Of a DNA stretch of 64,000 nt, positions 51,173 through 64,000 are shown piece by piece. Every line of letters starts with the position of its first letter. Within the stretch, counting starts at the first letter, position 1. The position numbers and the translations under genes are program-made. This DNA is from Paraphysomonas bandaiensis (Eukaryota; Protista; Chrysophyceae): the NCBI GenBank assembly GCA_965644295.1, contig CBFFRP010000323.1, positions 1-64,000 on the forward strand. Reading direction: 5' to 3'. Under the pieces are notes generated by a model. The model saw only the letters and a list, made by a program, of their open reading frames with translations. It ran no database searches and was not told where the DNA came from.

Positions 51173-53768
51173 TTACTCCAGGGTTTTATACAAGTCCAAA
51201 ATGGCTTTAAACTTTTCTATTCCAGCTGGGGACAACTGTCCCCTCGTACCCTCTGCCTTGAGTGCAGCTAATTTATCCCTGAGTTTGCCCATAGTAACCC
51301 CACGAGCATCATCAAATGCCTTGCGTTTACTTTTCTTTTTCGCTGTGAGCTTGTTCTCAAGTTTAGTTCGCTCGGCAGCATGCTCAATATTTAGCTTTTC
51401 AATTTCCTCAGGCGTTCTATTCTCACCAACAGCTTGAGCCATAGACTTTGAGTGCTCATGAGCTTGATCATCTAGTTCCCGTAAGATGTCTGAAGACATC
51501 CTGTTCTCCATTAAATTGTATTCTTTTTCCATATAATCCTCCATCTTTTGCGTTATTAAAAACGAAAAGAAAATAAACTCGAAGTCAAACTTAGTTTTGT
51601 TCATAAAGGTCTCATCTTGTTGGGTGCTTTTATAAGCCCGCTGTAGTGCAAGGCGCCGCGCGAGCTTAGCCTTTGTTGACTTCTTTACTGCTTCTGATAT
51701 TTTCAATATAGCATTCGCGCCGTTTTCGGCTGGAACAGAGTTCGATGGGCCGGTCTGTACTGGGCCTCGCGAATGGAGTCGTTCGAGTGGGGCAACAGTC
51801 ATTCGAGGGGACAAACTACGTCGCCTGCATGGTTTCTGGTGTGGCTCAGCATCGCAGTCATCAATAGTGCTAGTGGCATGAGAAACCGTTCTACTGGGAG
51901 CTCTTGACGCAGCTCTCGACTCCATAGAAGCTTGCATTGCGAGCGCTCCAGGAGTGCCCCCATCCGCACATCCGATGCCAAGCCCCTCAGAAACAGACTG
52001 TCGACGTGAAGGGGTGTCGTGCGCACAGAATGAACGTGACCTGCTTCTACTACGTCTAATCTCTTGAGTCTCTGACTCCGTCACTGAAGGGGCTTTCTCA
52101 GAGGCAGATTCCATTCGTTTAGGTACATTACGATGGCCAATGTTATTCACCGAACTAACAATTTTGGCTGCACTTGAACAGTCCGTTTGAAACCTTTCGT
52201 TAAGATTTGCCCAAGATTCTGCCTCCAGATTCTCCAAGCTCTCTGCCAGGTTAAATATCTCCACTTCAAAACTGGACTGTAAACTTTTCTTGAGGGCATG
52301 CAGCTTTTCCTTGGCGGCATCAAGATTACGGTGAATCATATCGCACAACAACTTTTCCCCTGAAAAAGAGTTTCAGAACAAGTAGGAATACATGTCATTA
52401 GACTAGTCATGGCTACCTTTAGAAAATAGTGAGTCCAGAACAGAGCTAGTGATAGCGTGAGCCGCCTAAAGAGTGGATACGATACAAGAGTTACCACAAG
52501 ACACAAAAAACCAGTGTGCTATTTCATTTACCTGGTGGCACAACCCTTTAAGCCGTTCTATATCCGCCACCAGCTTCTCGCCTTCAGACGATGTAATTCC
52601 TTCAGCAATCAGACGTTGATAAGCAACGCTCTGTCGCTTGGAGTACACATAGAAGTCAGATCGGGCGGCATTAGTGGCCTATGGATGCAGGACAGGAATA
52701 AACACAAAGTTAAATACCGAAGGATTACAAATTCATTACATTAAGTGCCAATAAAATATAAATTGTTATTTCTCACGTAAGTGTTCTGTTTATGCACACA
52801 ATTAATGACTCACTATACCTGTAATCTGCTGGCACTGTCCACTACACTTTCAACGCGATGCCACCACTCCCTTACGTTGCGGCGCGCATCTTCAAATCTG
52901 TCGCCTATACCAGCATTAACATAAAAGATGACTTACCAACTACTAGCCACTACAAGTACCGCAACATCGCTCGTGGTGCAATATTACATATACACTGGTC
53001 GAATCATACCTGGAAGGAGCTCTTTCGCCCTAGACAGCCAAGTTCCTCTTTTTAGGCCTGTAGCGTTATCATCTAGTGGCAAACCTACGACACTTTTTGG
53101 AAGGCAGCCAGCAAGTAAAGTCTCCGCATTTTTATTCTCCGGAGTTCGGACCTGGAAAAATTTCATAATTCGACAAGGGATACATATACAGAGACCATCA
53201 GATACCTAGGTATAAAAAGGATAACGCTATGCAGATAGTGTATTACAAAACGAAAAAATGTACCTGAAATCTGACTTGTATAAAGATATAATCTTTATCC
53301 ATATTGTCAGGTTTGCCGAATATCTCGACATACTTCGAATACAACCCTATCGAGGCATCAGACATACATCGACAAGAACAAAGAGCATACCAGACTTAGC
53401 ACATTTCTCAAGAACAACCCGTTTAGTTTCTTCATCTAGCTGGGCAACAAACCTGAGGTTCTTATCGTCATCCTCTGGTCTGGCTATCTCTCCATGTCGC
53501 CATGAGTAGCCATTGACCACAACGAACTCCTCCGGCTTCATGAGAAGACTCGAGTCACCATCCGTCTTGATCACTTTGTGAACCTGAAACACATCACTGT
53601 GAAGTGACACACCTCTCAGTCTGTCTGCTCTCTTACCGCCTCAAAGTTATCTGTGCTGTCCTTACTCACAGATATGATCAGCCAGGAGTTCTCATCATCG
53701 GGCTGCTTAAGGAATCCAGAATCCCTCCCGAATTCACTGTCTAACGCAGTACTCCCTCCTGCCCCCAT
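51173..53768 (-). CDS. Uncharacterised multi-exon protein with predicted N-myristoylation and a C-terminal coiled coil
   Basis: Starts MGAGGSTA; a chain of GT-AG-bounded exons; last exon has an SR-rich disordered stretch and a charged helical tail. Confidence 0.65.
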
Positions 53769-54316
53769 CGCTTTACACTATGTCACCCCTCCTTCGGTTC
53801 TGACCGTACATGTCTAGCGGATACTTCCATCAATTCCTCAGACTAATTTTGATGTCTGCCTCCCGCCTCTCGCCTCTCGTTATGCCTGTAGGGCACTGCT
53901 GTACTGTACTGCACTCCTCCCTCTATGTACATCTACATACAGATACATGCACTGTAGATACACACACATGTATTTGCACATCTGTAGGGCCTGTATACGA
54001 TTATATACGGTAGGATATATAGCTGGCAGTTTTACAGACCTTTGTACTGCTATATTCGTACTATTCGGCGTGTAGAGCAGTACAGGTCAGAAGGAACCGC
54101 AATGCAGGAATTTATACGTTTCTGAGTACACGTCGTATATACATGTGTATGTATTGCCCCGTATGACTGACTATACTTTGGTACACTCTGTATGCCGTAC
54201 AGGAGCACGGAGACTGTGTACTATCTATACGGTACACAGCACTGCTATAAGCAGGCAGAGATAGCGTACATATACACACCACTTTACTGCCATTGTCGTC
54301 ATATTTATCTCTTGCG

Positions 54317-57300
54317 ATGAGTGGCGTTAAACTATCAGCGAAGTGGCAGTTAGATGCTGCTCTACTGTCCCGTCCAGTCGATCTCACTTCACTCGTCAGT
54401 CTATCTCGATCTCATCCTCAAAAGTTTACTGAAGACGACACGATCCATCGGCTCGTTTCTAATCTACTAAACGAGGAGAATCTCTCCAAATCTGATAAGG
54501 TGAGTGGCTGGTAATGTGATGGCTTCGTTTATTATTCTCTGCTCGTCAGGATACTAAGCTGGATGTGTTAAACATATTGGCTAACGTCGCTGGAGGTGAT
54601 AAAGAAGCCAGAGCAGAGGTTAGGGTGGCTCTAGGGGGGATAAGTGAATGGTTCGATGAGTACATTGCTACTGAAGAGGCGGATCCTACCATTGTAAGCT
54701 ACTCTGAGGTACCGCTTGTTAGATACTGACGTAGAATATTACATAGGAGCCTGAGCTGCATAAGGCAATGGTTTTGTTGCTGGCGCGATGTTGGGACTAC
54801 AAACTAAAGACAGAGGATGTGTTGGAACTTACCCAGGGCAATCGTAGAATTGCTCTTTGCACTGTGGTTGGGTTGCTGGAGGATGGAGAGACATATTCCA
54901 CTGTACTGAAGCAGCGCCAGAGACCTACTGAAGGGCAGATGGCTCAGTGGGAGCACGAACTCATCATTCAGCGGTATGCTCCACTTGTATCATACTACTG
55001 TATATGTACTTCATATATATGCGCGTATTCATTGTCGGCATGTTCCCTGTATGAACCAGTAGTGTCGAAGCATTATATTGACACTGTAGTTCTGCTGTTG
55101 TGTAGATTCGAGAAACCCCTTCTGCTCCAGATTTGTAGGCTCCTACGAGGATTTACTCATCCAGGTTGTTATTTTATGCTGTGTTGTGTGTCGAGCCATG
55201 TCACGTGTGCTGGTTGTCAGGCACATACTTCGAGGCGTCTACAGAAGAGCTTGCTCTCTACAGGTGATAGCATATGATGTTCTGTTATCTTATAGTTGTT
55301 AACGGAACATGACCTGGTAGTGTGGAGAGATTCTCTGACGAGATCAATACTCTTCTTGAGATTACCCTGCGATCTCGGCTGGTCGAAAAACTTTGCGTCG
55401 CTATGTACTCATGTATATTTGAGGACCATGCAGAAGATGATGGGATTGAGGTTTGTACTGGATATATTTTTCATGAACGACCATGTCCATCAGATATATA
55501 GATAGCTGTGTTACTGTATGTATTATTACATATGAAACTTTAAAATAGGATGTAAATATGAAACTTTACATATTACATAGGATGTGGAGCAGCGAATCTT
55601 GGAAGATACAGATCACGTTGCGGTGATGTCAGTGCACGCCTTCCTTCAGGTATGAAGTACCCTCCGCGTTGAGATTTAGCCTAAATGTAACTCCAGAACC
55701 TCTACTTTTACGCATCACACAATCACGACGAATTTAGAAGGCATATGCTTGTAGATACACTCCTCATCCCGAGACTCATTCTGCCATACCTAAACTGCTG
55801 CACACAACAGGTTCTCTATCATTGGAATGTAATGCTTTGTAAGGCGTCATAATGTATGTGACAGGCAATAATGCTTAACAGCCGGGCGGAAGTCTCATCC
55901 AATGCTCTGGACCATCATCCCAATCTCGTCAAGGGTATCGCAGCTTCTTTGCGAACACTTATCATAGCTTCGTTCAGAGCTCCACCAACACAATATGTGA
56001 TGTCTCTGTTGCGGCGTCTGAATCCCACAGCCTCTATGCTGAAAGCCTCCTCATTTTGTCTCCATCACTACCAGGTGTACTCCTTGCTATGTCTGCTAAA
56101 CGTGAACATGGGAGCACTGGACCTCTCAAGACAGTTCGTGAACGATAACTCCGTAGTAGACGCGTATCGGGCCCATTCTTTGTTACATGAAATGGCCACG
56201 TTATACTCAAAGATGGACAAAAATGCTCAGGCGCAGGTATGTATGTTTTGTATGCTCTCTCGAGTTTGTATTGTCGTCTGTTGGTGCGTTTCTAAGACGT
56301 GTGCAGGTGTATAAGAGAGTAATGGCGCCAGGCTCGCTACCTATCTGTCGAGACACGCCCTCGTATGTGGCAGTCATGTCCGTGCTACATGGTGGAGCCG
56401 CTGGTGCTGATGTTGTCTAGATCTTGTATTCTGTGCTCTGAGAGGCTGTATGTATAGGTCAACTTGATTACTGTCAGTCTGCAAGAGACGGGTCTAAAGA
56501 GGGTGACGACGAGGAGGAGGTGTGTTACCACAGCACCTGCTCTTACTTGGAAGCTAAATTAGTATTTGTAGGTGTGGGATAGCAGAGCTGAGGCCAAAAG
56601 GGTATGCTGCATTATTGTTTGTTCAATTGCATTAATGCCGTGCGTATCGGAGATGCTTATTTTTGTTGATTTGAGTGGCCCTTGTAAACGTGTTGTATAT
56701 GTACCTGTATTGCAGGCACATGCAGAGCGTATGGAAATGGCCAGGCAGGCTGCAGAGGCGGAAGCCGATGCGAAAGGTACTACGAGGCACAGTGGCAATT
56801 CAAAAGGTGCGTATACACAGTCCTCTGTTGTATGGTCTAGTTAATGGCTTATTGATATGCTGGGCTATGTGTTGTAATTTCTCATTATGAATGTGACGTA
56901 CAGGCAAGAGTGGTAGTGCATTTGAAGTTGCCCTCGCCACTGCCCAGGACATTGAGGACAGACGGCTGGAAGCAAAGGAGGCAAAGGCATCAGGTGCACT
57001 CTTGACAATGTGTGTTTGTGTTCCTGATATATATCACTTATATAGGGCTGGACCCCAAAGACCCGAAGGGTGCCAATATTGCCGAGAGCAAGAGCGATCA
57101 ACAGCAGATCAGGGGGGATGGTTATCGGCTGCTGGGAGACTTGCCGTCTCTGGCTGGAGGAAAAAGCTCCAGAGACGTACAGGTGTGTTGCAGTGAAGGC
57201 ATCGTGTTCGCTCATATATACAGCTATAAAAAAAGGCTCGTTATGGTGTACATTATGTGTTAGGTTGCCCTTGCCCTGGAACTTCCTGGTGAAAGTACAA

Positions 57301-58040
57301 AGCCTGTGCCCAAGATGGTCATTGGGGGACGTGAGGTGAACGATGAAACTGTGAAGAGGGACTCAAACATTCCTGAAGAATTTTTATGCGGTGAGTGTTG
57401 TTTGCTCGGGTAGTACAATTTTGACATGATTTATTCTATGCAGCCATAAATGGTCACGTTATGAAAGATCCCGTTAAGTCGAAACGAACAGGTGTTTTTA
57501 CGTATAAGTAAAAGTGCCTAGCTTCTGTGCTATTTGTGAATGACGTAGTGGTGTGTTCTGTCATATTGATTTTACTGTGTGGCACATTCGTAGGAACTGT
57601 CTACGAGAGAGCGACGATTGAGATATGGCTCAAGACTCGTGGTTCTGTTTGCCCTATTACTCATGAGGTATGCTATCTCATCGTTAGACAGCCTATACAG
57701 CACTGTATACAATTTCGTGTCCATGCATGTAGCACCGATATGTGAAATATTTATTGATGCTTGCCACCAGACACTCACTCCGGATGATCTTGAACCTGAT
57801 ACCGAACTCAGAAAAAGGTACACTTACTGTGAATACGCTCGTTTCTTTGTTTCTGTGATGTATGATCATCGCAGTACAATGGCAAAGGAAATATATAGCC
57901 ATTCTGTTTCGTAACATGCATTGATTTTCTGTGACTGCATTTTGTTCAGGATAATGCGCTACCACATCCAGAGCAAAGCACGCCCACCGATATCAGCTTC
58001 AAATCCATCTGCGGACGACGACGATTTATACAACTTCTAA
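54317..58040 (+). CDS. Helical-repeat (ARM/HEAT-like) protein with a C-terminal U-box (putative E3 ligase)
   Basis: Spliced IPEEFLCAINGHVMKDPV...VYERATIEIWLKTRGSVCPITHETLTPDDLEPDTELRKRI. The N-terminal repeat class is inferred from Leu-rich helices only. Confidence 0.85.
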
Positions 58041-58523
58041 TCCAAAATTCTAGTTCCAACTAGAAGTTAGTGTGTGGATATACTGATGTTGGCATTTTGT
58101 TCCAAAACGGAATATTGTATTGTGCGGAGAAATGGTGTTTTCCAGTCATCATAGTATGAGTTGTAATACGTAGATATGATTGGCTGTAGTTTACGTGAAC
58201 CAATATCGTACGTTGGACTAATTAAAACACAGTTTCTGAATGCCAACATGGATGTGCACCGGGTCATATGAGTTTCAAACAAAAAGAAAGGTCGTTTTGA
58301 TAGTCGTGGTTGATAATTTGTTGGCGTATAGTGTATAGTAGCTTGTACAGCTACGACTTACAACAATATTACCTTCAGGGCTAGGGAAGAATGAGAGAAC
58401 ATGAGGACTAAGTTCGGCATAAAACCAACTATGTCTTTAGAATACTGTATCTACGTTACAAAGTCAATACTCTATATAATAAGTGATAGAATTTATGAAA
58501 GATTTTGAGGTAGTGCTATATTG

Positions 58524-59901
58524 CAGGGCTTGAGAACAATATATTAAATTGCAATGTATTGTAAAATATATTGATTGTAGGGAAATATTATTCAACCTAG
58601 TCACACTATTTTTGGTGGAATAACCAATAACCTAATCAAAGTAATAAAAAACTCAACCTAGTCAATTTTGGTATTCAACCTAGTCGTTCTTTTATCCATT
58701 GATTACACACTGGCTGTGACTGCTTAACATACCATCTCACACCACACAATATATAGTATATTACAAACATTCAAACATAACAATAAACTCTTATATATAC
58801 GTAACACAGGTGTACGTCCGTCTATGACTATCGAGCCTATCTATAGCATATAAGTATATAGCGATGGGTCCCCTGTGAGTGTTATGGGGAGGAGGGGTCC
58901 ATGAAGCTGTCGATATATTCTATGGTCTGCAGGACATCTCCACTGAATGACTTCGATGGCTGCATTGACTTTCAGGAACGCATAAATCCCCCTTGTTTTA
59001 GACCAATGAAGAAAAAAAGGAAGTTTTCAGGGCACAAAGTTGATATATTTGTAAAAACAGCATCATAATAGTGGACAGTTACTTCTATTAATATAATATA
59101 CAATATATATATCACTGATAGAAGAGACGCCTGTTAAATGAATGCTTACAATAGTAGAGATAGTTGCAGCTGTTTTTGAAGTCCGACTTAACCTTGCTGT
59201 CAATGAACTCATCGGTAGTAAAGACAAAGAAACTAAGCAAAGATATGTGGCAAAACCTAACGAAGAAGGCAGTCGATGTCTCACTGGACAAGTAGACCTG
59301 CTAATGGGGAAGTTAAAAGCAGATTTAAAATGCATCCTTGCTACCAGGAATGATTAATGTCACTCGATGGTCATCTATTTTCAGTTTCTGCTCAAGTGGT
59401 CGCGTATAAAAGATCCTGTATCAAGAATCAAAGGTCACCGGATGTAGTTACTGATATGATTCCTACTGCTCGACAGAATTTCGATATTGCCACCCTTGTA
59501 AACGATTTGACATTATCTCAGTGCTGTGCAAAAGTATGCATCCCTCTACACTTAGTATTATAATATTCTTTCTAAAAGCTAGTCGAAACATGTGGCCAGA
59601 TGTATACTTTAACTAATTTTGAATGAATGTGGTGATAACAACATTAAAGATGGTTCAGAGAATGGGTAGGAGGAAAGTTGTTACTAGCTAAGCAGTAGGT
59701 AACATTTGTCTACTACCTTAATGACTATTACTAAATAAGGAATCTACGCAAGTGTTTAATTGCTAAATTGCTGAATAACGATACTATTATATTGCAATAT
59801 ATTACAATAGTATGTTGGGTCGGTTTAAAAACTTCATTCTCACTATTTTTGGTGAGGCGCTATCTAACAATAGTATTGCAATATATTGTTCCCTAACCCT
59901 G
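58524..59901 (+). mobile_element. Internally deleted hAT-like DNA transposon
   Basis: TIRs CAGGGCTTGAGAACAATATATT / AATATATTGTTCCCTAACCCTG; degenerate 8-bp TSD CTATATTG / CTTTATTA; subterminal TCAACCTAGTC x3; internal RLNLAV remnant. Confidence 0.7.
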
Positions 59902-60334
59902 CTTTATTAGTTTTTATCTTTTCGATAAGCTAAATTAAGAGTGTTTTGTCATGATTCATTCTAAATCCTAATTCAGTTACGCTCTTGAGCGGAGCATCAA
60001 CTGACACCCGGCGCACATAAGCACATAACTTTCACACCATATCTCCTGTTGCCCATCAATACAGCTGCTGACACCTTATACTGGCTCTTACATATCCAAA
60101 CACATGAGTACACTTATATTCATTAGACTCGCATAACTAACATATGTAAGCAACGCTCTATCGATCATAGAGCACTTGCTCGTATATCATACGGCAGAGG
60201 AGAACTATTCATCAATGCGATAACAGACACAAATAGCATCACGCATACTGGAAGTGTATACCAGAGAATACACGCATACTCTGTTCCAATAAGCCATACC
60301 ACTTCCAATGCCCGCTTTGTAGCGTCCAACGACT

Positions 60335-60470
60335 ATGCTCAATGCTTTCACATCTGAAGGTGAACGTTTTGAGAGGTATGAAGTGCTTCTGGACATCCAG
60401 GTGGATGTATCTGCAGTCCATCCATGGCAGTTGAAGAATGTGAGACCCACAAGCAGAAGTTGCACCGTAT
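60335..60470 (+). pseudogene. Isolated protease fragment related to the Copia element at 1-4973
   Basis: MLNAFTSEGERFERYEVLLDIQVDVSAVHPWQLKNVRPTSRSCTV aligns to MLNAFTSGSEPFQWYEVLLDNQADVSVVHPRLLTNVRPATRGCSV (nt 1261-1395). Confidence 0.88.
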
Positions 60471-61066
60471 ATGCTTCCATTGCACTGTTGCCTGACCCCG
60501 AGCTACAGATACATGCATGCCAAGATGCGAGGCCCTTCGCTCTTTCCCTGAGAGCGCGTACATGGAACACTCACTCGTAGATCGTCAGCAGTCTCAGGTA
60601 ACTCTCACATCCGTCAACTGCTATGGATGGACTGCAGAGCCTAGTCACCATCAACTGCCAGCTGCCAGCCCAGTCGTTGCTTCGTAGTACTGACACAGTG
60701 AGATCCGCCGTATGATAGTACGTATTGGCATCCTTTGTATATTTTTGTTCCAAGATGCCTCTAATATTGAGACAACAATTATATGTATTCCAGCCGTATT
60801 TATAGTTCAGTAATATAGAGTATATTTGATTCAATTTAGTTCCGAAAAATAAGATGCTGACTGCGATACGTATGCATGTTGTCGAAATACAATGTATTCT
60901 ACTGTATTCGGCCCCTCCCTGTATGTGTACATACAGTAGCATGGAGTGCAGAGCGAGGATCTCCCAGTCGCCTCATATGCGGACTGCTCTCAGCTCAGTC
61001 TCGCAGTCATATTAAGTGATTGTCTTCTGGTGCAGTGCACTCTGTGGATCTGTGCTATCAACCGCT

Positions 61067-64000
<2,934 letters not shown>

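Noticed and set aside
55525-55590. Duplicated ATATGAAACTTTA...ATAGGATGT near a splice acceptor
   Set aside because: Local slippage duplication; the upstream acceptor leads to an in-frame stop, so no coding consequence is supported.
59891-59901. Telomere-like CCCTAACCCT
   Set aside because: Fewer than two units, and part of the hAT-like TIR.

Overview
Eukaryotic genomic DNA with short GT-AG introns (about 45-75 nt where I could delimit them). The gene content and Copia type suggest a protist, possibly a stramenopile (inference). The window opens inside an intact single-ORF Ty1/Copia LTR retrotransposon (1-4973). About 14 host genes follow: amastin/claudin-like tetraspan, Fringe/GT31-like glycosyltransferase, SDR, pectinacetylesterase/Notum-like esterase, a giant multipass-TM/ankyrin/LRR protein, a tandem cNMP-binding protein, HSBP1, TRM10, BTB/KCTD, a double-CRD Frizzled/Smoothened-like receptor, a mini DnaJ-type zinc finger, an N-myristoylated unknown, a U-box protein and a DPP-IV family peptidase. 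Most genes form head-to-head pairs, and TE debris fills the tail-to-tail gaps. The best candidate for a new system is the Copia element. It has no tRNA-type PBS; instead the 14 nt at its LTR/leader junction are the exact reverse complement of a segment inside its own LTR, suggesting Tf1-like self-priming. It also has apparent CG...CG LTR termini and an integrase with Asp at the usual catalytic Glu position. All coordinates and alignments were read by eye, so exon and repeat limits are approximate.
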